From Bacteroidia bacterium (GTDB lineage: Bacteria > Bacteroidota > Bacteroidia > UKL13-3), in the NCBI GenBank assembly GCA_051861545.1, contig JBIMKP010000011.1, positions 20,299 to 84,298 on the forward strand: a stretch of 64,000 bases of DNA, read 5' to 3'. A program made the translations under genes and the position numbers. Position 1 is the first letter of the stretch. Each line of letters starts with the position of its first letter. The notes under the pieces are model-generated. The model made no database searches and was not told the origin of the DNA. It was given only the letters and a program-made list of their open reading frames with translations. Shown piece after piece: positions 9,682 through 19,610 of this stretch.

Positions 9682-10218
9682 TTACTGTTTTTCTAGAATC
9701 TCTTTCAAATTCTTCAAATTTTTTGCAGATGTTTCTGCAATCATTTTTTTGCCAAATAAGTAAGAGGGTAAATTCATTGGGTAAACAGACTCGCTGTAGA
9801 ATTCCATGGTTACTTTGGTTTCGTTTTCACTTATAGATTCAAAGATATCTGCGGCTTTTGAATGTCCTTCAAATGGACGAATGAAATTCAAATCAACATC
9901 CATTCTATCTGGAGTCAAAGCGGTAATGGTTTGAGAACCTTCACCCACATTGTCATCTTTACTGTTCCATGTTTGAGTTGCACCAACGGTTCCATCAGTA
10001 CCTTCAATTTTAATATCAGAATTAGGATCAGCCATTACCCATTCGCTATAATTCTTCTGATTATCAAGGATTCTCACATAATCAAAAACCACTTGTTTAG
10101 GTTTTAAAATGGTTTCTGATACCGAAACAGTATAGGTTTTAGGAACAAATAAGGCTGCAATAAGCGGAATTGCAATTATTACAACAATAGCAATCAAGAT
10201 TTTTTTGATGATTTTCAT
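9682..10218 (-). CDS. SRPBCC (polyketide cyclase/START-like) family protein
   Basis: N-terminal TM helix; GTDGTVGATQTW...VGEGSQTI pattern. Confidence 0.85.
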   Translation of the reverse strand: MKIIKKILIAIVVIIAIPLIAALFVPKTYTVSVSETILKPKQVVFDYVRILDNQKNYSEWVMADPNSDIKIEGTDGTVGATQTWNSKDDNVGEGSQTITALTPDRMDVDLNFIRPFEGHSKAADIFESISENETKVTMEFYSESVYPMNLPSYLFGKKMIAETSAKNLKNLKEILEKQ

Positions 10219-10410
10219 GGTTTTGTATTAAGGTGAAGGAAATTACAAAATCTTTTTGAATTGCAAGAAAACTATCTTTATATCTTCTTTAAAATTGATT
10301 GGACTTCGGTATAGGCAGTAAATTTCCCTAAACAAAATTGTTGGATTAAACTTTTGAAAAGAATTGTTTGAGAAAATAGAAAGTACTGTTATTGACTTAT
10401 TTATAGCGAA

Positions 10411-11109
10411 TTATTTCGTCAAAACATTAATTAAAAGTTTTATTGGATGGCTTATAACAAATAGTCCAAAATCGGTTAATAAACCTAATAAAGGAAGCAA
10501 TAACATAAACCACCATTTGTATTTGAATTTTGTTGTGGTTCCCATGGTTAAATTATTCCAAACCAAAATCATCCTATCTTTATAGTAGTAAAGAATTAAA
10601 AAGTCTGAAACAATCATTCCAAATAGTCTAATTGGTAATGCTAAACCAAATTCATCAGCAGTAAAAGCAAGGTCGATTAAAAATATTTGCCCCAATATTG
10701 GAAGAAGAAACAGGGCACCTATTAATGATGTTCGGTTAAACACGATTAAAATAGCTCCAATAATTTGCATCAAGCCAACAACAATGTCAAAGGTTCTCGA
10801 CATGCCAAATAAATGCCATGCAAGTTGCATTTTACTCACCTCTTTAAGTGGTTTATTTAAAATGCTAGGGTCATGAACTCCAAATTGTTCTCCAATCAAC
10901 TTAGCATAACCATAATCTAACATATAGTAAGCTAAGTACCATCTTAAAACTAAAATCACAAAGTCGTAAAACTTTTCCTTTGATAGCCTTAGTTCTGATA
11001 ATCGGCCTAGTCTGTAATGCTTTACTATATTCGACATATAAACAACAAAACCTGCGATAAACAGTATGAAAGGTACATACAGAATTAACATTGATATTTT
11101 TTCCAGCAT
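10411..11109 (-). CDS. DoxX-like multi-pass membrane protein
   Basis: YGYAKL..QF and LAWHLFGMS motifs; several TM helices. Confidence 0.65.
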   Translation of the reverse strand: MLEKISMLILYVPFILFIAGFVVYMSNIVKHYRLGRLSELRLSKEKFYDFVILVLRWYLAYYMLDYGYAKLIGEQFGVHDPSILNKPLKEVSKMQLAWHLFGMSRTFDIVVGLMQIIGAILIVFNRTSLIGALFLLPILGQIFLIDLAFTADEFGLALPIRLFGMIVSDFLILYYYKDRMILVWNNLTMGTTTKFKYKWWFMLLLPLLGLLTDFGLFVISHPIKLLINVLTK

Positions 11110-11297
11110 TTTTTGATGTTTATCAGGAGGATTTTGGGATTAAAACTATCAATATCATCCAATTTTAATGCCAGATTAATGATATGATTTTGGCAAATTG
11201 GATTCCGTTTTCTAAAACAACATCTCTAATAAGATTACTAAAATGAATTTTTTGTTAAGTACTTGAGATGAAGTACTTTTAAGAAGAAATTAGGATT

Positions 11298-11816
11298 TTA
11301 GTCGAACAAATGGTCAGGCTCAGGAACTTTGAATACCAAAAAGTTGGTTCCAAAGAAATTCAAAAATACATTTAGTCCAATTGCCAATAAGTTTGAAACC
11401 AAAGGGCCATTTTCTTCAAACCAAACAGCAAAAACCTCTTGTTCAATACCTCTACAAATATCTGCAAACCAAAGATTTGGAAATAACCAGTGGTCGCAAA
11501 CAAAGTTAAAAACTAAATAAACCACAAAGGTGATAGCATAAACCAAAATGTATTTCAGAAGGTATTTTTCGCCATCTTCAGTTTGGTCGATATAAGTCCA
11601 GAATTTATTTAGCGTAAAACCAACGAAAAATCCCATGACATAACCAATAGCTTTTGATAAGAGATTCAATGCCGGATACTGAGCAGCAATCAACCAAAAC
11701 ACGCCTAAACTAACAGAAGCACTGGTAGCGCCAACAATTCCAAATTTCAAAAATTTTCTTGTTAAAGGGTATTGGCGAAGCCAAAGTCGGAATTTCTGAA
11801 TCTGTTTTAACGGCAT
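11298..11816 (-). CDS. GtrA family membrane protein
   Basis: FLKFGIVG and FTLNKFWT motifs. Start placed at 11816 because a TATCTTTG -7 element lies at 11826-11833 on the minus strand. Confidence 0.85.
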   Translation of the reverse strand: MPLKQIQKFRLWLRQYPLTRKFLKFGIVGATSASVSLGVFWLIAAQYPALNLLSKAIGYVMGFFVGFTLNKFWTYIDQTEDGEKYLLKYILVYAITFVVYLVFNFVCDHWLFPNLWFADICRGIEQEVFAVWFEENGPLVSNLLAIGLNVFLNFFGTNFLVFKVPEPDHLFD

Positions 11817-11850
11817 ATATAAATACAAAGATAAAAATTATTGGCGGCTT

Positions 11851-12558
11851 CTAAAGTAATCCCTCATCTGCAAAACTATAAAAACTAGAATTAGCGATAA
11901 TAATATGGTCGGCAACAAAAATATCGAGCATTTTTCCGCCCTCTTGTACTTTTTTGGTAATTTGAATATCAGCCTGACTCGGTTGTAAGTTTCCTGATGG
12001 GTGATTATGGGCTAAAATTATTGTGCTAGCTTTAAGTTCGAGTGCATGCATAAAAATTATTTTGGGGTCAACAACGGTTCCTGCAATTCCTCCTTCACTA
12101 ATTCTAACTCTTTTTAAAAGATAACCTCCTCTATTTAAGTAGATTATCCAAAATTGTTCATGGTCGAGGTCTGATAAGAGTTCACTTAAAACTAAAAAAG
12201 CATCTTTACTGCCTGAAATTTTCTTTCTCTCAAGTGCTTCTTCATCCTTTCTTCTTCTACCTAATTCTAATGCAGCAATAAGAGTTACAGCTTTTGCGGG
12301 TCCAATTCCTTTGATTTTTAGGAAATCCTTAGTTTTGAATTTTCCTAGTTCTTGGAGCTTATTTTGCGCTAAATCTAATACATCTTTACCCAAATCGAGG
12401 GCGCTTTTTTGTGCATTTCCCGAACCAATTAAAATGGCTAGAAGCTCAGAATTGGTAAGGTGTTCACGTCCTTTTTGAAGTAATTTTTCTCGAGGTCTAT
12501 CATCCTCCGAAAGTTGTAGAATAGATTTCCCTTTTTGGGGCAATTCTTGGTTTGTCAT
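11851..12558 (-). CDS. radC: RadC / JAB-domain protein
   Basis: DRPREKL, helix-hairpin-helix KGIGPAKA, HNHPSG...D JAB motif. Confidence 0.95.
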   Translation of the reverse strand: MTNQELPQKGKSILQLSEDDRPREKLLQKGREHLTNSELLAILIGSGNAQKSALDLGKDVLDLAQNKLQELGKFKTKDFLKIKGIGPAKAVTLIAALELGRRRKDEEALERKKISGSKDAFLVLSELLSDLDHEQFWIIYLNRGGYLLKRVRISEGGIAGTVVDPKIIFMHALELKASTIILAHNHPSGNLQPSQADIQITKKVQEGGKMLDIFVADHIIIANSSFYSFADEGLL

Positions 12559-12576
12559 TTAGCTAAATAACAAAAC

Positions 12577-12606
12577 AAAAAAGGCTTTCCTGTTTAGGAA
12601 AGCCTT
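12577..12606 (-). terminator. Intrinsic terminator after rpsT
   Basis: aaggctttcct-gttt-aggaaagcctt with a U-tract on the minus strand. Confidence 0.85.
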
Positions 12607-12626
12607 AGAAGTGTATTCAATCGAAA

Positions 12627-12941
12627 TTATTTCTTCTTTTTAACTACTTTTTTAGCAGTATTTTTCTTAACAACAGCAACCGGAGTAGTTCCGATTTTGT
12701 TAACAGCTCTAGCTAATTTAGATTTTTGGTTAGCTGCTTTATTCTTGTGAATAATGCTGCGTTTTGCCAACTTATCCAACATAGCGCTCACTTCTTTTAA
12801 CAAAGCTTCTGCTTCGCTTTTAACAGTTGAAGTGCGCAGGCGTTTAGATAAAGTACGGGTGGTCTTTGCCTGGTAACGATTACGTAAACGCTTAGTAGCT
12901 GAATTACGGATTCTTTTTTGTGCTGACTTATGGTTTGCCAT
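12627..12941 (-). CDS. rpsT: 30S ribosomal protein S20
   Basis: MANHKSAQKRIR...IIHKNKAANQKSKL. TATATTTG promoter at 12987-12994 (minus). Confidence 0.97.
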   Translation of the reverse strand: MANHKSAQKRIRNSATKRLRNRYQAKTTRTLSKRLRTSTVKSEAEALLKEVSAMLDKLAKRSIIHKNKAANQKSKLARAVNKIGTTPVAVVKKNTAKKVVKKKK

Positions 12942-13036
12942 TGTAAATACTTATTCTTTAATCTGATTTGCCCTTAAAAAGGGATGCAAATATAGTCAAT
13001 AGAATTGAAAATCAAATCACCAAACAAAAATTATCC

Positions 13037-13363
13037 TCAAACTGAGAAACTTTCACCGCAACTACATGTGCGTGTGGCATTTGGATTGTTGAAAGTAAAA
13101 CCTTTTCCGTTTAATCCGTCCGAGAAATCGAGTTCTGTTCCGAATAAATATAAAACGCTTCTTTTATCTGTAACTACCTTTACACCATTGAAATCCATTA
13201 CTTCATCGCCTGGTTTTGCTGCATTGTCAAAATCTAATTTATACGACAATCCTGAACAACCTCCACTATCAACCCCAACTCTTAAAAAATAATCAGGTGT
13301 ATACGATGATTCCATCATCAATTCTTGTATTCTGCTTTTTGCTTTTTCGCTAACTGTAATCAT
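13037..13363 (-). CDS. Fe-S cluster assembly accessory protein (HesB/IscA family)
   Basis: GGCSGLSY and CSCGESF motifs. TAAATTTG promoter at 13383-13390 (minus). Confidence 0.95.
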   Translation of the reverse strand: MITVSEKAKSRIQELMMESSYTPDYFLRVGVDSGGCSGLSYKLDFDNAAKPGDEVMDFNGVKVVTDKRSVLYLFGTELDFSDGLNGKGFTFNNPNATRTCSCGESFSV

Positions 13364-13592
13364 AACTTAAATGATTGAACCGCAAATTTAAACATTTGTT
13401 TTTTATAAATTCTGTAAAAATCGTATCATTTGAATTGCGCGTCTAACGAATTACGCGCATTCTGGGCTGGGCAATTGACTAGGGAAATGTATTTTTCATA
13501 ATGTATACTCTTATTATTTTAGGAAATTGTTTGGGTATTTAATTCCTTTCTAATCTTTACTTGCTGCTATTAATTTGTTTACCTTTGTTTTT

Positions 13593-14447
13593 ATGGCTCA
13601 AAAAATTCAAATTATTGCTGTTGCTGGCGCGGGTACAATGGGTTTAGGTATTGCTCAGGTTTGCGCTGTTGCTGGGTATAAAACGCTTTTGTTCGATATC
13701 AACCCTGATATGCTTAGCAAAGCTAAATCTGCCATCACAAAAAGCCTTCAATCACAGGTTGATAAAGGTAAAATGTTGGCTGAAAACAAAGATTTGGCTT
13801 TGTCTAAAATTACTTTCACAACGGAACTAAATGATTTGGTTGCCGACTTAGTAATAGAAGCTATTGTTGAAAAATTAGAGGTGAAACACCAATTCTTCAA
13901 TAATGTTGCGGCCATCAATAATCCTGAAACCATTTTGGCTTCAAATACTTCTTCTATTCCAATTACTCAAATTGCTGCCAAAATTCCTTTTCCAGAAAGA
14001 GTTTTGGGAATTCATTTTTTTAATCCGGCTCCTGTTATGAAGCTGGTTGAAATTATATCGGGAGTTCAAACAAACCTACAAATTGCAGAAGATTGCAAAG
14101 AACTCATTTCTTCCATGGGAAAAACCTGCGTAATGGCTAAAGATGCTCCTGGTTTTATCGTAAATAGGGTGGCGCGCCATTTTTATGTTGAAGGTTTAAA
14201 AACCCTAGAAGAACAGGTTGCTTCTTTTGAAGATATTGATGCTCTGTTAGAAAGTTCTGGTTTTAAAATGGGTCCTTTTCGTTTAATGGATTTAATTGGA
14301 GTTGATACAAATTTCTCAGTTACAAGCAGTATGTACCAATTGTTTCATTATGATGGAAAATTTCGTCCAAATCGCATTCAACAACAAAAAGTAGATGCTG
14401 GTTTACATGGCAAAAAATCTGGAAAGGGATTTTACTCTTATGAATAA
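13593..14447 (+). CDS. 3-hydroxyacyl/3-hydroxybutyryl-CoA dehydrogenase
   Basis: GAGTMGLG, SNTSS, HFFNP and PGFIVNR motifs. TACCTTTG at 13580-13587 favours the ATG at 13593 (near-leaderless). Confidence 0.92.
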   Translation: MAQKIQIIAVAGAGTMGLGIAQVCAVAGYKTLLFDINPDMLSKAKSAITKSLQSQVDKGKMLAENKDLALSKITFTTELNDLVADLVIEAIVEKLEVKHQFFNNVAAINNPETILASNTSSIPITQIAAKIPFPERVLGIHFFNPAPVMKLVEIISGVQTNLQIAEDCKELISSMGKTCVMAKDAPGFIVNRVARHFYVEGLKTLEEQVASFEDIDALLESSGFKMGPFRLMDLIGVDTNFSVTSSMYQLFHYDGKFRPNRIQQQKVDAGLHGKKSGKGFYSYE

Positions 14448-14916
14448 ATACATCATTTTTTCCTTGTTGATTTTAATATCCTTTTCTTGCAAAAAGGACA
14501 AAACCAACCAACAAAATCTCGACTTCTTCGACCCTGTTTTTGTTGATTTTACAGTAAACATGGATTTACCAGATGCTGCTGAGCTCAAATTCCCCAATGG
14601 TTTTATGTATAGCGCAAATGGTTACAAAGGAATCATTATTTATAATACAGGTTTTCCTGGCGCCGATCAATATGTTGCTTTCGATAGAGCTTGTCCTTAC
14701 AAAACAGATAGCATTTGTTCTATAGTAACCATGGAATCAAACAACCTTTTTTATGTTTGTGGCAAAACTGTGAATACGAAGTTTGTTCCTTGTTGCGGTT
14801 CAAAATTTGCTGCCCAAAATGGTGGTGTTGTTTCGGGTGCAGCAAACAGAGGTTTAAGACAATATTATGTTTATCAATTTGGTTCACAATTACGTGTTAC
14901 CAATACTCCAATTTAA
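14440..14916 (+). CDS. Lipoprotein with Rieske-like Cys motifs
   Basis: Lipobox ISFSC; AFDRACPY and PCCGSKF motifs. Confidence 0.65.
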   Translation: MNKYIIFSLLILISFSCKKDKTNQQNLDFFDPVFVDFTVNMDLPDAAELKFPNGFMYSANGYKGIIIYNTGFPGADQYVAFDRACPYKTDSICSIVTMESNNLFYVCGKTVNTKFVPCCGSKFAAQNGGVVSGAANRGLRQYYVYQFGSQLRVTNTPI

Positions 14917-14919
14917 TTT

Positions 14920-16443
14920 ATGAAAACAAACAAACTGCTTTTATTAGCTAGCTTTTTATTTTTTGGTTTGATGCTGAAGTCGCAACCGGCTTTTGTAAAA
15001 GATTCTTTAGATAGTTTTATCAAACGTGAAATGGCGCGTTGGCAAGTTCCAGGTTTGGCAATTGCTATTGTGAAAGATGGAAAAATTGTAGTTTCAAAAG
15101 GTTATGGAGTAAAGGAATTTGGAAAACCAGATCCCGTTGATGAATATACTTTGTTTCAAATTGCTTCAAACAGCAAAGCTTTTACTGGAACAGCAGTCGC
15201 TTTATTAAATGATGAAAAACGACTTTCTCTTGATGAAAAAGTAAATAAATACCTTCCTTATTTTAAGTTATACGACAAAAATTCCAGTGAAATGGTAACT
15301 GTTCGTGATGTATTATCTCACCGACTTGGCTTACAAACGTTTCAAGGTGATTTTTTAAATTGGGGAAGTACATTAACTCGTAAAGAAATTGTAGAACATT
15401 TGGCTTTAACTAAACCAGTTCATCCATTCAGATACAAATATGGTTATTGCAATGCTGGATTTATTACTGCTGGAGAAGTTATCTTAGCCGTTACAGATAC
15501 CACTTGGGATGATTTTATATCAGCTCGTTTTTTCAAACCTCTTGAAATGAAACATACCAATTCATTTTATTCAGGAATGGTAAACGATGCCAATGCTTGC
15601 AAACCACATACTTTGTGGAATGGTAAATTGGTGAGCATGAGTTTAACCAATATCGATAATATGGGAGCTTCTGCTTCAATTAACTCCAATGTAAGAGATA
15701 TGTCGAATTGGTTGTTGATGCAACTCGATAGCGGAAGATTCAATGGCAAACGTGTTGTTCCTTTTAAGGTATTGGCCGAAACGCGTAAGTCAAATACCAT
15801 TGTTGGCGACCCAAGTTCACGATTGTACAAAAGCAAACATTTTTCTACTTATGGTTTGGGTTGGAGCTCATACGATTATGAAGGCAGAAGAATTTGGGAA
15901 CACAGTGGAGGAGCCAACGGATTTGTAACCAAAACCGAATTTATTCCAGAAGAAAACATGGGTGTTTTGGTGTATACCAATACCGATGCTAATTCATTAT
16001 ACGAAGCCTTAGCCAAACAAGTAATTGAAGCTTATTTAGCAGTGCCTTACAGAAACATTTCAGAGATTTATTTCAATGGTTCGAAAGCAGGCAGAATTGA
16101 GGAGCAAAAATTATTAGATAGTCTTGAATTATTGGCTTCAAAAAAGACCAAAACCGAATTGGCACTTACAAGCTATTGTGGTGTTTACAAAAACGATTTT
16201 TACGGTACAATTGAAATCAAAAATACCAAAGGCGGATTGAAAATGTACATGAGTAATCACCCCAACAATATTGGCACTTTGCGTTATTTAGGTAACAACG
16301 AATTTTTGTGTAATTACAGCGATTTGACTTGTGGTGTTCAGGTTCTCCCGGTTAAAATTGAAAACGGAGAAGTAAAATCAATGACTGTAAGGGTGAATGA
16401 TTTTATTGATTATTTGACCTACGATTTCGAAAAACAGAAATAG
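14920..16443 (+). CDS. Serine hydrolase (beta-lactamase/PBP family) with C-terminal DUF3471-like domain
   Basis: SNSK (SxxK), YCN (YxN) and HSG motifs; signal peptide. Confidence 0.9.
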   Translation: MKTNKLLLLASFLFFGLMLKSQPAFVKDSLDSFIKREMARWQVPGLAIAIVKDGKIVVSKGYGVKEFGKPDPVDEYTLFQIASNSKAFTGTAVALLNDEKRLSLDEKVNKYLPYFKLYDKNSSEMVTVRDVLSHRLGLQTFQGDFLNWGSTLTRKEIVEHLALTKPVHPFRYKYGYCNAGFITAGEVILAVTDTTWDDFISARFFKPLEMKHTNSFYSGMVNDANACKPHTLWNGKLVSMSLTNIDNMGASASINSNVRDMSNWLLMQLDSGRFNGKRVVPFKVLAETRKSNTIVGDPSSRLYKSKHFSTYGLGWSSYDYEGRRIWEHSGGANGFVTKTEFIPEENMGVLVYTNTDANSLYEALAKQVIEAYLAVPYRNISEIYFNGSKAGRIEEQKLLDSLELLASKKTKTELALTSYCGVYKNDFYGTIEIKNTKGGLKMYMSNHPNNIGTLRYLGNNEFLCNYSDLTCGVQVLPVKIENGEVKSMTVRVNDFIDYLTYDFEKQK

Positions 16444-16445
16444 CT

Positions 16446-16616
16446 ATGAAACCCAAAAAATTTGTATTGGTTATCATCATTTTCCTGAATGTAATCGTGC
16501 TATTGGGCCAAATCTGGCCAGCAGGCGCACCACCATTTGCCAGATGGGTAAATATTTTCTTCCTCATAGGCAATTTGGGCTATTTTATAGATATTTGGGT
16601 GAAGAAAAAGGGTTAA
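16446..16616 (+). CDS. Small two-helix membrane protein (56 aa), missing from the ORF track
   Basis: MKPKKFVLVIIIFLNVIVLLGQIWPAGAPPFARWVNIFFLIGNLGYFIDIWVKKKG, starting 2 bp after the upstream stop. Confidence 0.7.
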   Translation: MKPKKFVLVIIIFLNVIVLLGQIWPAGAPPFARWVNIFFLIGNLGYFIDIWVKKKG

Positions 16617-16717
16617 AATTGATTTTTTGCTTTTAATCTATTAATCGCCAATATTAGTGACACTTCAAAAATCTAAATTTAGTGAATTCAAATAATTAAC
16701 TTTAACCGATATAACAA

Positions 16718-17548
16718 ATGGCAAAAGGAAGTCCAAGACATTATACTGATTTAACTCTAAAGAGACTATTCTCTTTATCTGGAAACTGTTGTGCTTTTCC
16801 TTCTTGCCCTGTGACTTTTTTAAATTGGGATGATGAAAAGAATTTTGCAAATATCTGCCACATAGAAGACGCTAACCCAACTACTCATAAATCTGACCGA
16901 TTCAATCCCAATATGACGGACAAGCAAAGAGCAGATTATAAAAATCTTATTTTACTTTGCCCTAATCATCATATCGAAACCAATGATCCAGCCAAGTATC
17001 CTGTTATAGTACTTCAGAAAATGAAGCGAGAACATGAAAGCAAAATGGCGCTGCTTCAAGCTGGAAAGAATATTATTGCAAAGCATCCTTCGATTCTTAG
17101 TATTGTAATCAATCAAATTGGTGAAACTCTTATTGAGAATGATTTGGATGACAATACCAAAACGGCACCAAGTACCGACGAGAAAATCTTATACAATAAC
17201 ATAGTTAATTATAAACCAACAATCGAAGAATACAGCATTTATCAGGGTAAACTAAACAATATTTATGAAGAAATTGAAAACCAAGGTTCGACTAAAAAAG
17301 CTTTTCTCTTACAAAACATTAAGACGCTATATTTAAAGGAAAAGGGGAAATACAAGGACATTTCAGAAATTAGAGCTAATGCAGATTTAATATTTGAAAA
17401 TATTGAAAATGAGATTTGGGAAATTCTTGAAGGAAGTTCTAATCTAAATAGTGAATTACCGATAGAAACACTTAATATAGCAATTTTAATTGTAATGGTC
17501 GATGCTTTTATGAGATGTAAAATACTTGAAGAACCATTAAAGCAATGA
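16718..17548 (+). CDS. Lamassu/ABC-three-component effector: HNH endonuclease plus C-terminal domain (LmuA-like)
   Basis: SGNCCAFPSC...ICHIE...NLILLCPNHH HNH/Zn motifs; C-terminus AFMRCKILEEP; first gene of an overlapping trio. Confidence 0.85.
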   Translation: MAKGSPRHYTDLTLKRLFSLSGNCCAFPSCPVTFLNWDDEKNFANICHIEDANPTTHKSDRFNPNMTDKQRADYKNLILLCPNHHIETNDPAKYPVIVLQKMKREHESKMALLQAGKNIIAKHPSILSIVINQIGETLIENDLDDNTKTAPSTDEKILYNNIVNYKPTIEEYSIYQGKLNNIYEEIENQGSTKKAFLLQNIKTLYLKEKGKYKDISEIRANADLIFENIENEIWEILEGSSNLNSELPIETLNIAILIVMVDAFMRCKILEEPLKQ

Positions 17549-17778
17549 TAATTAACAGCAATATTACACCTGATAGAGATTTGTATTACCTTGGTGGCAA
17601 GGTGATTGAAGTATTGGTTTCTAATGAAGAGGAAGAAGTTGACTATTTTGACCTTTTTCAAAGAGTAAATAAAGAATTGAAAATTAGCTTAAATCTATAC
17701 ACACTAGTTTTAGATTGGTTGTTTATAATTGGTGTAATTAATAATGCTGAAAACGGATTGATAAAAAAATGTTTTTAA
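17545..17778 (+). CDS. ABC-three-component middle component (LmuC-like)
   Basis: 77 aa, LYYLGG...LVLDWLFIIG; ATGA overlap with the upstream gene. Confidence 0.8.
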   Translation: MIINSNITPDRDLYYLGGKVIEVLVSNEEEEVDYFDLFQRVNKELKISLNLYTLVLDWLFIIGVINNAENGLIKKCF

Positions 17779-19472
17779 AATCACTAAAAATATTAAATGG
17801 TAATTCAATCATAAATGAAATTCCTTTTCATAAGGGAATTAACTTGATTGTTGATGAAAGTCCTAATGTCTCATCAAAAACAACAACAGGCAATAATGTT
17901 GGCAAAACTACAGTTTTAAGACTTGTAGATTATTGTTTTGGCGGTGATGGCAAGAATATTTATCAGGATACGGAATTTAAAAAGCAGCCAAATACTACTG
18001 TTGAGAATTTTCTCAAAGACAATAATATCATTATAGAAATTGTGTTAGTAACAGACTTAGATAATCCAAATTCGGAGACTGTAATTATTAGGAGGAATTT
18101 TCTACAAAGGAGTAAAAAAATTCAAGAAGTTAATGGAGAGAACATTTCAAATAACAATGATTTTGACAAAAAACTAAAAGAAATAATTTTTAAATCTGAA
18201 GTCGATAAGCCTACTTTTAGACAAATAATATCTAAAAATATTAGGGACGAAAAAAACAAAATGACTAATATAGTCAAGGTGCTTAGTTCGTTTGCCTCTC
18301 CAGAAGTTTATGAAGCTTTATATTTATTTTGGCTTGGAATAGATACCGAAGAACTTGACCAAAAGCAAAAACTTTCTGAGAATAAAAAGAAAGAAGAAAA
18401 TTTTCAAAAAAGATTAAAAAAAGAAGGCGAACTATCGCTAATTCTTCAACAACTTGCATTTATATACGGTAAACTCGAAGAACTTAACCAAAAGAAGAAT
18501 TTATTTGTAGTTAATGAAAACTATGGTAAGGACATTGATGAACTTAATAATACCAAAGCTAAATTAAACTCAGTGTCAACGTTAATTAGTAAACTTGGAA
18601 TTAGACGGGAGTTAATTTTGGAAAGTAAGGATGATTTGGAAAAAGAACATTCAAAAATTGATTCATCACAGATTAAATTACTATATGACAGGGCGAACTC
18701 ATTAATACCTAGTTTACAAGTCTCTTTCGAAGACACCTTGAAGTTCCATAATGATTTGATTAATGAAAAACTTAAATATATCACTAAGGAGTTACCTGAT
18801 TTAAATTCTTCAATTAACGCAGCTAAGGCAGAATTAAAAGCGCTTCAGCTACAAGAAAAGTTATTAATATTAAGTATTGAAAAATCTGGTTTCACAGAAG
18901 ATTTAGAGGTAATCATATTAGAGTTGAATAAACTTTCAGAGAAAAAAGGAAGTTTAGAAGAGCAAAAAAGACTTTGGGAATCATCAAATGAAAAATTAAA
19001 GAGTATTGAATCTGACCTTAACTCTATAAATGATGGTATTGTTTCAAAGGATGATTTAATACAAAGCAGAATTACTCATTTCAATACATTTTTCTCTGAT
19101 TTATCAAATGAACTTTACAACGAGTATTACCTTTTAAGTCCCCAAAAGACAGAAAAGGGATATGATCTTATTGTTACTAATATTGAAGGGAATCCAAGTA
19201 CAGGGAAGAAAAAGGGACAAATAGCAGCATTCGACTTTGCTTATATAAAATTTGCAGATTCTCTTGAAATAAACTGTTTACATTTTGTAATGCATGACCA
19301 ATTAGAGAATATTCATGACAATCAACTCAATATTATAGTTGATGTTGCTAATAATTTAAATGGACAATATATTGTACCTATTTTAAGAGACAAGGTTCCT
19401 GTTAATATTGACATCAGTGAATACGAAGTAATTTCACTTTCACAAATAAACAAACTTTTCAGAATACCATAA
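17769..19472 (+). CDS. SMC/Rad50-like ABC ATPase (DUF2326 type; short LmuB-like)
   Basis: Walker A GNNVGKTT, central coiled coil, STGKKKGQ signature, VMHDQLE Walker B. Confidence 0.88.
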   Translation: MFLKSLKILNGNSIINEIPFHKGINLIVDESPNVSSKTTTGNNVGKTTVLRLVDYCFGGDGKNIYQDTEFKKQPNTTVENFLKDNNIIIEIVLVTDLDNPNSETVIIRRNFLQRSKKIQEVNGENISNNNDFDKKLKEIIFKSEVDKPTFRQIISKNIRDEKNKMTNIVKVLSSFASPEVYEALYLFWLGIDTEELDQKQKLSENKKKEENFQKRLKKEGELSLILQQLAFIYGKLEELNQKKNLFVVNENYGKDIDELNNTKAKLNSVSTLISKLGIRRELILESKDDLEKEHSKIDSSQIKLLYDRANSLIPSLQVSFEDTLKFHNDLINEKLKYITKELPDLNSSINAAKAELKALQLQEKLLILSIEKSGFTEDLEVIILELNKLSEKKGSLEEQKRLWESSNEKLKSIESDLNSINDGIVSKDDLIQSRITHFNTFFSDLSNELYNEYYLLSPQKTEKGYDLIVTNIEGNPSTGKKKGQIAAFDFAYIKFADSLEINCLHFVMHDQLENIHDNQLNIIVDVANNLNGQYIVPILRDKVPVNIDISEYEVISLSQINKLFRIP

Positions 19473-19483
19473 TTAATAAATGG

Positions 19484-19598
19484 ATCTAATAATAACAACT
19501 AAAGAAAATGGTTTTTCAGCAGTTAAATGGAGCTTTGTGATTGTAATCAATGTCTGCTAATCCCTTTCTTTGTCAGAGGCGAAACCATTATTGGCAAT
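19484..19598 (+). repeat. Imperfect long hairpin, decayed attC-like intergenic element
   Basis: Nested complementary arms: ctaataat/attattgg, aaagaaa..gg/cc.tttcttt and agcag/ctgct. Confidence 0.5.
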
Positions 19599-19610
19599 GC
19601 ATAATTAACT

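Noticed and set aside
10219-11297. DoxX-like gene as another cassette
   Set aside because: Only a faint aataacag resemblance downstream; no convincing hairpin or right end.
11851-12558. radC as a mobile-element marker
   Set aside because: Full-length chromosomal type beside rpsT, not the short JAB-only form of mobile elements.
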